A stretch of 64,000 nt of DNA, taken from Camelus ferus (lineage: Eukaryota). Shown piece after piece: positions 1-10,820 of the stretch. The first letter of the stretch is position 1; the number at the start of each line of letters is the position of its first letter. The stretch is from the NCBI RefSeq assembly GCF_009834535.1, contig NC_045697.1, positions 88,786,001 to 88,850,000 on the forward strand, read 5' to 3'. The notes beneath the pieces were generated by a model, which did no database searches, was not told the DNA's origin, and was given only the letters and a program-made list of their open reading frames with translations. The translations under genes were made by a program, and so were the position numbers.

Positions 1-1
1 C

Positions 2-1474
2 TCAGATGTTGATGAAGGTAGTAATGGACTTATTCATTATTCTGTAATAAAAGGAAATGAAGAGAGACAGTTCGCCATAGATAGTACCTCTGGTCAGGTG
101 ACACTGATTGGCACCTTAGACTACGAAGCAACAGCTACCTATTCCCTTGTAATTCAAGCGGTGGATTCAGGGGCAGTCTCCCTCAATTCAACTTGTACCT
201 TAAATATTGATATTTTAGATGAAAATGACAATACCCCTTCCTTCCCTAAATCAACTCTATTTGTTGACGTTTTGGAAAATATGAGAATTGGTGAACTCGT
301 GTCCTCTGTTACTGCCACTGATTCAGATTCAGGTGACAATGCTGATTTACATTACAGTATTACTGGGACTAACAACCATGGGACTTTTAGCATTAGCCCC
401 AACACTGGGAGTATTTTTCTTGCCAAAAAATTGGACTTTGAAACACAGTCTTTGTACAAATTAAATATAACAGCAAAAGACCAAGGAAGGCCTCCTCGTT
501 CATCTACGATGTCAGTGGTTATACACGTGAGAGACTTCAATGACAATCCTCCTAGCTTTCCTCCTGGGGATATTTTCAAGTCTATTGTTGAGAACATTCC
601 CATTGGAACGTCTGTCATTTCAGTGACTGCACATGACCCTGATGCGGACATTAATGGGCAACTCTCCTATACGATCATTCAGCAGATGCCAAGGGGCAAC
701 CACTTTGGCATAGATGAAGTCAAGGGCACTATATATACTAATGCTGAAATAGATCGGGAATTTGCTAATCTCTTTGAGCTAACTGTAAAAGCCAATGATC
801 AAGCAGTGCCTATAGAAACCAGAAGGTATGCTTTGAAAAACGTGACCATTTTGGTTACAGACCTCAATGACAATGTTCCCATGTTTATATCACAAAACGC
901 CCTTGCTGCAGACCCTTCAGCTGTGATTGGTTCTGTTCTGACGACAATTATGGCGGCTGACCCAGATGAAGGGGCCAACGGAGAGGTGGAGTATGAGATC
1001 ATCAATGGGGACACAGACACCTTCATCGTGGATCGTTACAGTGGAGACCTGAGAGTGGCTTCGGCGCTGGTGCCTTCTCAGCTGATCTATAATCTCATAG
1101 TGTCAGCAACAGACCTTGGCCCTGAGAGGAGGAAATCAACCACTGAATTGACCATCATTCTTCAAGGCCTTGATGGACCTGTTTTTACGCAACCCAAATA
1201 TATAACTATTTTGAAGGAAGGCGAACCCATTGGCACCAACGTAATATCAATAGAAGCAGCTAGCCCCAGAGGATCTGAAGCCCCGGTGGAGTATTACATT
1301 GTTTCAGTCCGTTGTGAAGAAAAAACTGTTGGACGTCTCTTTACTATTGGACGACAAACGGGTGTGATTCAGACTGCAGCCATTCTGGACCGGGAGCAAG
1401 GAGCGTGTCTTTACCTGGTGGATGTTTATGCCATAGAAAAATCAACTGCTTTTCCCAGAACACAGAGAGCAGAG
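2..1474 (+). CDS. FAT4: Protocadherin Fat 4, 3' part of the giant first coding exon (starts upstream of the window); tandem extracellular cadherin repeats
   Basis: The frame is open from base 2 (SDVDEGSNGLIHYSVIKGNEERQFAIDSTSGQV...). It has repeated cadherin motifs: LDYE/LDFE/IDRE/LDRE, DENDN/DFNDNPP/DLNDN and DxD. The C-terminal LDREQGACLYLVDVYAIEKSTAFPRTQRAE matches FAT4 as I recall it. The ORF-track start (98) and end (1552) are not the real boundaries. Confidence 0.95.
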
Positions 1475-1480
1475 GTAATG
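1472..1480 (+). other. FAT4: 5' splice donor GAG|GTAATG (phase 0) ending the large FAT4 exon
   Basis: Cadherin homology stops at ...QRAE and the sequence becomes T-rich straight after GT at 1475. Confidence 0.9.
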
Positions 1481-4244
1481 ATTTTGCAGTCACTTATGAA
1501 TTATTTGTTGCTGTGTTTTTTAGAAAGATTGCTCTATATTTCCTTTACATAATGATTTACCTTTATTTTTTATTGTTAATTGTACTGACAAGAGCATACA
1601 AAAATGTTCTATCACAGAGCCTAATAAGAATTACCTAAAATTTAGCTTTCATCCTGGTCAGAACCAGTGAAGAGTTTTTACCTTATATTTCATCTCATGC
1701 AATCATATGAGTAAGGCTAAGGAGAACTCTCTAGCTATTTCAAAAGTGCAAACAAAAAATCCACTTATCTAAGTTAAATCACTGCACTAAAGACAGCCTG
1801 GTAAGGAAGTCATAGAGGCTGAGCAATTTCAGACTTAAGAAATCCCTGTTCCAAAACGAAACATTTTGGTAGAAATCAGCATTCTGGAATAGCTATCTAG
1901 GGGGAGTGGCAACGGAGGATGGGGGATAGTTTACATCAGGACGGTATTAACTTTCACATCCTCAGCAGTCTTGGCAGTTTCTTTATAGACAGTGACTAAT
2001 TTTAATGTGCCGAGCCAAGTTTGGGGAGATTCCTGATTTCATCTGCCTTCACATTTTAGGCACCGTCTTCTGACTTAGGGTAATCCTTTCTCTTCCCTCT
2101 TGAACTAAAGCATATAATGTGCTGTGAATGATCAGAGATTAGAAGCTGTTTCTTGAGACAAAACTGTGTTGTTCAGTGCCATGGCATAGGTACAAGTTGT
2201 TCTTGTCTGCTGATGGGTAAGAAACTAGCTTTTCCTAGCCTAAGCCAAAAGAATTCCAAGCCTGGCTTTTCCTGGGGTATATTTTTGGCTATTACTGCCT
2301 CCGTGTATCATTGATTTGTTTTGTAATTGAAGTACTTCCAATGTTGTAATGATGATCAACTAGAAAAGATACAGCCAGACTCTGAAAAGCTCTTGCCTGC
2401 TGTTCCTGAAGCTCTCCCTCTCCACTCCCTTCAAAGATATTCTGGTGCCAGTCAGCCAAAAACACAAAATATCAAATGTGGTTTGTGATACTTGGCAGTA
2501 ACCCAGACACAACATGCTAGTGAAATTGAGGCTCATGTGTTTCTTTTCTTGCTTTCTTTTCTTTCTTAGAGAGGTGAGGGGTTTTCTTCATTTAAAACGT
2601 TCATTTATTATTATTATCTTTTTGACTCCCCTGTAATAGTTTATTCATAATAGCTACCTATATCTGTTCTATGGATGAACTAGTATATTCATGGCCTAGA
2701 AGATATTAGAGATATAATTATAGATATAATTCTTGATAATTCTTAGAGATGTAATTCTAAGTGGAGTTCAGTATTATCATATTCACTTAGCCCTGAAGAA
2801 ACTTCTAACCCACATGTCCTCTTTTACCTAATTAGTTTTTTAAAGACCTTAACCTAAGTCTTACATGTTGAGCTATGTGGATTAACACGGGGCCATGATT
2901 TACATGTAATTTGATTTCAGTTTGGGCTTGTTCCTCCCCTAAACCCACACCCTCGCTCTACCTTCCTTCTCTGGAATTATTTCTTAGATGAAGAGATTCA
3001 ATGAGTTTAAAAACTGAAATATTAAAGATAGGCAATTTATCATTCTAGACTTTAGCTAAATTTATTAAACTGTAAAACAAATTATGTTATTGGTTGTTTG
3101 GTTCAATGTATTACATTTATTAGAATTATATGGAGAATGAGAATAAATGTCCATTGTTATCATGGGGAGATTTATTTAGTCTTATTATTTACCCATTAGA
3201 TATGCAAAGATTGGCTTAGCTTAAATTTTTAAATTTAAGATTTAAATTGCAGAGACAACAATAGGCATGAAGATTAAAAATAATAATTATAGGTCATTTT
3301 GTAAGTAATAGGGGATTATGGGCCTTACTTTTTTAACCTCAAATAATACCAGTATGAAAAGTTATTCATATTTACTGTACTCTATTTATTTAAAAATCTG
3401 GAGAGGATTCATCATAATGATTTTTTTTGTGAAAAAAATTGTTTGTCAGGGTTTCTTCTGTGAACTAAAGTGCTGAAATTGTAAACCAAGTTGGAGTTCC
3501 CAAGCTCCAACCACTCCTAAAATTAAAATCAAATGTGTTTCTCCAAAGAATATTGAAAGCAGTAGTTGGGAGCTAGAATTTCATATTATTATTGGTTGCA
3601 TCTTTCAAGTATATACAATAAAGTTCTTTTTTTTTTTCCTTCTGCTCAAACATTAATTTACCATGATTCTGCAAGAAGCAGTTGTAGGTTACCTCTGGTT
3701 GTCAGAGGTGATTTTTCAATTGTTTGTTTCCATGTGCAAACTTTGCTCCAATGCATTATTTCACAATTTATTCATGCACACTGATAGGAGTCTTGGTTGC
3801 TTACTCAGGTTTCTGGCTAGAGTCATGGCTGATCGCATTCCATGGGCAAGCAAAGAGTCCGTGGGTAAAAGAGAAATGATTTAATCTGCATTCTTTTTGG
3901 AGCTCTGACACTTGTGGAGGGGGACGCTGAAAACTGTGGCTCTAATACTGCTCACTCCAGAGATCTTCCTGGTTGAATACCTTCACTATCCCTACCTCTC
4001 ATACCTAAAACTTTGGCACGAATGAGTGTCTTTGAAGGATGGCTTTTGGATTGCAGACACAAGGCTTGTTACCCTTTTATTTTGTATCTTTGTATTCTCA
4101 GAAGAGTCTTGATTATGTTAGAATAGCTATTGTACATTTTGTACCACTTATAAGTTCAACAAAATTAATAGAGATGTAGTACATCAATCAGCATTTTTCT
4201 TTTAATAAGTGTTTTATAGGAACATGGAACTTAGGGACTGGGTT

Positions 4245-4382
4245 GAACTTCTGAAGGTGAGAGGCTTTGTCTCATTGATCTTTATTATCTCCTAGTATAA
4301 TATCTCCTTGATAATAATCTCTGAGAGCCTAGTATGTTACCTGATGTACAGTAGATGCTCAGTACATGTTTCCTGAATGAGA
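4245..4382 (+). mobile_element. L2 LINE 3' end relic
   Basis: 'gagcctagtatgttacctgatgtacagtagatgctcagtacatgtttcctgaatgag' resembles the L2 3' terminus. Confidence 0.6.
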
Positions 4383-4643
4383 TGGTAGAAGAGCCAACAC
4401 TGGCATGTGTGTTCTCATGCCTCAGAAATAAGCAAGAGAGAGAAGCAAGGGGAATGGAGGAAGCTGGTAAATTCGATCTTGATCGTTAATTGAACTAAGG
4501 ACATAAAGATATACCAGTTCTCTCTGTTCTACAAATGAACTGAGAATTGTCAGAAAACTCAAAGAGAGAAGAGGAATTTAGGTGGGTGGTCTCACATGGA
4601 ACTTGAGGTTTAAATGGAAGGAAATACTGTATATGCTTCTACA

Positions 4644-5973
4644 TTGCAGTTGTCAAGTTTGTTGGTCTCAGGACCCTGAAGAGCTTTTGCTTAGGTGTGT
4701 CTTATCTATTGATATTTTTTATTTAAAACATAAAGACTGAGAGAATTTTAAAATATTTATTAATTTATTTAAAAATTACATTAACCATGTAACATATTTT
4801 TTTTAAATTTTATTAAAAGGACTTTATTTTGCCCAATTTAAAAAAATAATGAAAAGAGAGACATTATTTTACTTCTTAAATCCCTTTAATATCTGGCTTA
4901 AAAGAAGACAGCTGGATTCTCAAATCTTCTCATTCCATCTATTGCAATGTTTTGGTTAAAGTTTATGAAAATAACCCTTCCTCATTCAGTTAGATGGTGC
5001 TGGATAAGGGAGAGATACTTGGATATCCTTTTCAGATAATTGTCGATTTTTTTGGATACCACACCAGAATTTCACAAGTGGCAGTTTCTTAAAACTTATT
5101 GCAGTGATGAATCTGAAACCCCACCAGTGAACTTCTCATACTTTGTTACATGAAAATATTGCTGTATCTTGCATTCTGAGTGGAATATTTCTCTATACAT
5201 GACTTAGAAATACCAGGCATTGATCCTTTGGAAAATATTGGTATAACTGATAAGGATCTTTTCAAAAGAGTCTTTAAGTATATTGACTCTCAACCTCGCA
5301 GTAATGGTTTGGAGTGTTCCAAAATTTGAATTGTCCCTTGAAAGCTCAACTTTTATCATTAATAACATACAGTGTTCATTGTTTTCCTGACATAGCAGCC
5401 TCCTTTTGTTCGTTTTCAAACAAACAAAAATGTCTGCTGCATACTCAAATCTAAGAAAAAATAGTTTCTCTTTCAAGTGAAAATTGTATTCCACAAATAA
5501 AGCAGCTAGTTCAGCTTATAACTCAAGCAATCACACACATGCTTTCCTTTGAGACAATACTGCACGTAAGTACAGATTGATAGTTCTTTGTGCACATTTC
5601 AACCATTTGTCACACAGAATATTGAAAAGACATTGAGATTTAGGGTCTAGATTTAATAAAATTAATAATCTTCCTATTTCTTCAAGGAAAGTTCTTCAGT
5701 TTTTAGGTGAAACTGGCATTTTATTTTTACTGGGACTGTCCAGCAGTGAAGAATACAATTACTGCTGGAATGCTTTGGCGCTCTGCTTTGCTTTGTGCTA
5801 AGGCACCAGCAGTTCGACCTGACAGTGCTTTCTGCACCTCTACTGTAATTGTCAACACAGTGAAAAGGTAAACTATGTTTTGTATTATCATGAAGACGGT
5901 TTTGATTTCCTAAGCATCTTTAGTGGGTCTCTGGTGTGCCTAGGGCCCCATATTCCACAACGAAGAGCCACAG
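4644..5973 (-). mobile_element. Charlie1a-like hAT DNA transposon fossil (~1.3 kb)
   Basis: Extended match to the recalled Charlie1a consensus (ttggtctcaggaccc..., aagaagacagctggattctc..., gtcaacacagtgaaaagg...). The minus-strand ORF 5204-5494 keeps transposase remnants (FHLKE..LRFEYAADIF, cf. LGYLADIF). Termini are degenerate. Confidence 0.9.
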
Positions 5974-6419
5974 GTCTGGGTACTGAGATTATTGCAATTC
6001 ATTTTTTAAAAAAGCCACTAGAAATATTCTATTAAAAAAGTGTGTTTAGAATATTAGGTGAACCAATTATGATTCATTAAAAATTAGAAATGAGCTTTAG
6101 CAATTGATAATAAATTATTTTCACAATGAAATGATCAAAATTTCCAGGAGGAACGATGGAGACATTTGTAATATCAATACTAAATACCAAGTTTAGAAAT
6201 GATTTTAGAATCAGAGTTAGTGCACCTTTGATTACATGTCTGTGTATCTTGTGTATCATACCTCACAGGCAAAATATAAGCAAAAGAACTGAATATATAA
6301 TAATAATTAAAACCATTATTATTACAAGAAAATTTATTATTTCACTATGTTGAGTCATTGAGCTGAGTGCTAACTGCTTCTTTGGGGATTTTACCGTTTG
6401 AGCCACCCAACAGCATTCG

Positions 6420-6500
6420 TCGAATCCTTCCCATCTCATGGTTGTGGAAACAGTCTCAGAAAAGTTAAGTGATTTGCTGAAGTTCAGATAGAAAGGAAAA
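6420..6500 (-). mobile_element. MIR SINE core fragment
   Basis: 'ggaaacagtctcagaaaagttaagtgatttgctgaagttc' matches the MIR core in reverse. Confidence 0.55.
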
Positions 6501-8360
6501 TCACACCCAGACTTGGTTAGTCCTTCATTTGTATTCTAGCTGCAATCCTGTAAAGCTAGGGCAATCTACGGCCTTTGTTAAGAGAGGGGCTCTTTACTCG
6601 GTAGATACAAGTACGTATGTGTGCTTTTGATAACCTTGTTTCCACACTCTTTTTGGTGTTAAAAAGGCTTCGAAAAGTAGTATGATGCATTGTCTGAACT
6701 AGGAGAGGCGTGATTTTTGCCACCTTGGTCAAGGCCATCCGCCGATGCTCTGCACTCCTACAGGTCAGTTTCTGGCAGCAACAACGCTCCCAAATTGAGG
6801 GTATGTGGAGGTGTTTGTGGGGCAGGGAAGAGGAGGGGTAGGAATACAGGAGAGGGGAACTGGGACAAAAGGAGGGCACAGGTGTGTGTCTTGACTCTCC
6901 TAATCCACAGCCCTCTACAGTTTGGAAGCAGTCGCTGTAATTTATGAAGGTGGAGAATCCATTTTTGGATATTCAGATGGTAAATCCTACTCTCCTAAGG
7001 AATAAGGATGAATGTGGCTGAACAGAGTGTGAAAATTATATTAAAAGGAGGAAAATATTTTCTTACTTCGTTGGTTTTTGATCTCCACAGTGGTTTTTTG
7101 TTGTTGTTGGTGTTGGTGGTGTTGTTTTGTTTTGTTTTTAGCAACATATAATTTATTTTCTGATTTTATTTTTGCCCTTTTGGTATGCCTTTAAATTTAT
7201 TAAACAAAATACTGTGACTTAAAGGGCTCTGTCCGTTTTCAAGACATGTACAAATGTGTTTCACAGGCAGGAATATTGATGGACAGTTAAGCTCATGCTG
7301 CATATTTCGTGCATGGCTTTGGGATGCTCGATGTGGTCTCTCTGTTTTGGTGGTAGACTTCCATAGATATCATTTATCTTCTGACACATTTATTGGGTTT
7401 TGGGTTTTTTTTGGCCTTTATTAAAACCTGAATCCTATTAATCCTTTATTGTTCTGTTAAATTTTGAGGCAACTACTCCAGGAGTACTTTTGAAAGAATA
7501 TTTATGTACTTCACGTCTTGTGGAATCAATTTTTCATTGCATTGTCTGCAGCTTGCGCTCGGTCATCACTACCGTGAAAAATGCCTCATTAGCTGTGAGG
7601 GACTGTTGAGTTAGTGACGATAAAGGATTCCACGGGCCCTGAGGTGTGTCCTCTCTTCCAAGAATAAATAAATCTAAGGTTCAGCTCTTTATAATAGCCA
7701 TAAAAATAGGTTGTATTCAAAATTAGGAGGTTGGGAGTGGAAATAGGAGAAGAATAAACTGGCAAATGACATGGGCCAAGATGAATTAAAGAGTTTTTTT
7801 AGAGTGTCCTAGATATGGAATATGGTAATTATTTTCCAGTGCTTTCAGGGTCTAAGTAGTCTGTAACAACAGTGGCCCATTTGAGTAGTACAATGAATAA
7901 GGAGGAGAAAGTATGAAGAATGCAGAGAAGTGAAAAACTTTTAAAAATTCTACTAGACAAGTATTTTTTCATAAAATATATACATGTAACATATCTGTAT
8001 GTATAATATCATATATAAACATATATGCAACCTTTGTACAAAGGTTGCTGGATTTTCCCTGGTGTTAATCTCCTGAGCCAAAATGGGACAATAAAGCCAT
8101 GAAGATAAAACATAATCTAACTGGGAGTTAATTTAAATGTGATGATCAAGAATTGACTGTAAGGATACAGTTTCCAGACATGTATCCATATTTGGGAGAC
8201 AATCAGGGGGTAACAACCAAGTTTTAAGGTACTGAGGAAATGCTGAGAGACATTTGTAAACTCTGCTTGACAGCTGGCAATTGGAAACGAATGGACTGCT
8301 GTGGATTATTTGTTTCAGACTATTGACACTTTTCTGAAACGTTTTATCATGTATAGAGTC

Positions 8361-8555
8361 TAACATTTATAAAGTGCTTACATTATGTCAAACGCTGGTG
8401 AGCACCAGGCATTGTCTTGCCTTCATAGTAATCCTGGAGATATGCACGACATCTTGCCATTTGATAAATGAGAATATGGAGGCTAATGGGTTAAGTTTAT
8501 GGAGCTGGTTTACAGTGGAAGCAGATTTGAACCCAGTAGTCTGACTCCAGAGTCA
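8361..8555 (-). mobile_element. MIR SINE
   Basis: Runs from 'aacatttataaagtgcttac' to 'gatttgaacccagtagtctgactccagagtc', the reverse complement of the MIR 3' and 5' ends. Confidence 0.8.
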
Positions 8556-8894
8556 ATACAACACTGACTAACCACACACGTTCTAAGAATGGTTGATGCT
8601 TGTCAGTACTTTCATAGGCAGACAAGTTTTACTATGTAAAGAATTGTTCTCGTATTTCGGTATTTCTTCATTCTGGTGACTGAAGAAATATAGGGTAAGG
8701 TGGAATTTAGTCAGTGACCAAGTAGTAGGATTACTTTGGTCCCTGTTCATCTTTATTTAGGTTAGACTTGAATAAATGAACCTAAATCTGTCACTTTTTC
8801 ATTTTGTTTTCTTCAGTTTGCAGTGACAATATATTTTCATTCTTCCAGTTCCTGCCTCACTTACTTTCTTCCCTGCCTTCTTTCCTCTCATTAT

Positions 8895-10820
8895 CTCTTA
8901 AATCCACCCCTATCAGGCTTGGCTTCTGCCTCTAGTGAAATTACTCTCCCCAAGGCCACCATGATTGCCACATTTTTACATCCACTGGGCAGTTCTCAGT
9001 GCCCGTTGAATATGTACTTCTAAGTCATCAGACTCTGAGAGTTTTATATTCTGTTTCTTGGACCAATTCCTTCTCAGCCTCCTTCACCAGCTTCTCTCCA
9101 TGCCCTCAAATTTTAAAGGTTGAAATATCCCTGGAATCATTTCTTAAAAAAAAAAAAAAAAAAACTCTTCCTTTTTAATGTACGCTTATTCCCTTGAAGA
9201 TCTCAGTTAATCTCACGATTTTAAATAACATTTATGTGGATGACTCCAAAATTTTGTCTCCACCCTCTATATCTGTCCTGAATTCCATATTCAGATAACC
9301 AACCACTTCCTCATTATGTTTGATTAGTTTCTTAATAATTTTAAATTAACCTTTCCAAATCTGATGACAATCCCAAATCTTCTAACTGTTTAGGTCAAAA
9401 AACTTGGAGTTATTCTTTGACCTCTCATTTTCACACCCTGTGTGCAATCTGCCAGTTAATCTTGGCTTGCTCTTAAAGGTATATCCAGAAACTGATCTTT
9501 TCTCATCACTTCCACTGTTACTACCTTGGTCTAAGACACCATCCTCCTTCCCTTGGATTACTAAAGACGTCTTCATACTGATCTCCACCATTCTTTCCTA
9601 CTCTTCTCCTTCCTTGCTTATCTGCTTTATTCCTACTGGCTTCTTGCTGTTCCCAGGACTTGCTAGGCACACACCCCCTCAAAGTTCTTCCTCCCGACAT
9701 CTATTTGGATAATTTCCTCCCTTGCTTCAAGTATTTGCTCATATCTCACATTCTAAGAGAGAATTAACCCTCCTTTACTGACTTATTACTTATTACCCAC
9801 GCTCCCATCCTGGCTGACCTCCACTTCCCTGCTATAGGGTTTCATATGCACCCCTCCTTAGAACTGATCAGGCTCCTTCACCAGCTTCTTCTCAAGTCCC
9901 AAAATGCTAAATGCTGGAGTGCCCTGGAACCAGTTCTTGAAATTCTTCCCTTACTGATCTACTCCACTCCACTGAGGTGAGGAGCCCAACCAATCCCATT
10001 ACTTTAAGTGCTATGTATGCGCTCTACACGTACAAGTGTGTGTGTGATATAATTGGCCGATCGATAGTTTTGATTATGTTTTATCTGTCTTCCTCCTGCA
10101 GGAATGAAGTTCCACCAAGGCAGGTATATTCGCCTATGTTCACTGAGGTACCTCAAGAGCCTAGAACATTACTTGGAACATAGTAGGCACAAAGTCCATT
10201 TTTGCTGAATGAATGAGTGAACTAATGAGTAGATGAACTGACTTCCCCACTTCTGTCCTTGATCTCTTTTATCTAGTCTAGCAGCTGGAGTGATGATTTA
10301 AAATGTAGGTCAGATCCTTTCACTCACTTGCTCAAAACCGAGGGCTTTCCATTTCACTCACAGAGAAGCCAGATCCTTATAGTGAGTCCTGAGGTCCTAT
10401 GTGACCTGCTCTTGTCAGTTATCCCCTGGCTTCTCTCCCTCCTGGTGCTCCCTGGCTGAGCTCGCTCAGCATCCACAGCGTGGGCTCCAGGCTCCTGCCT
10501 CCCCATCTCGTGCTGGTCGTGCTCTCTGCCTGGACGCCAGCTTTGCGCTCCCCTCACCTCTTTTCTTAGAGTCACCTGGCAGAGTTCTCCCTCAGCCTTC
10601 ATTTTCCTCTTTCCTTCTTTCTGTTTCTTCTTAGTCCTTATCATCATCAACATAACACATATGTTACTTCTTTCTTTTGTTTACGGTATGTCTTCCCTCT
10701 AACATATACATTCCCCCAGGGGAAAGGTTTTCGTCTGTTTACTATTGCTGTATTCCCAGCACCTTCCATAGGGCTGGCTCAATGCAGACGTTCAGTAAAT
10801 CTTAGCTAAACTAAGGAATT
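8895..10820 (+). mobile_element. Cluster of L2 LINE fragments (at least 2-3 pieces; 3' tails near 10240 and 10820)
   Basis: RT remnant tat gtg gat gac tcc aaa att (YVDDSKI, cf. YADD) at 9233-9253. The body is pyrimidine-rich like L2, and there is a tail 'gcctagaacattacttggaacatagtaggcac...tgaatgaatgagtgaa'. Confidence 0.8.

Noticed and set aside
154..1026. Antisense ORFs over the exon
   Set aside because: These are shadows of the coding strand with no recognisable domain.
98..1552. The 484-aa ORF as a complete stand-alone gene
   Set aside because: The start is an internal GTG and the frame is open from base 2. The last 25 aa are intron read-through past the donor at 1475.
2695..2762. Degenerate AGATATAATT(CTT) tandem repeats
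   Set aside because: Ordinary slippage-derived low-complexity sequence with no further structure.
5204..5494. Functional or domesticated transposase
   Set aside because: Only a short frameshifted remnant of Charlie1a remains.
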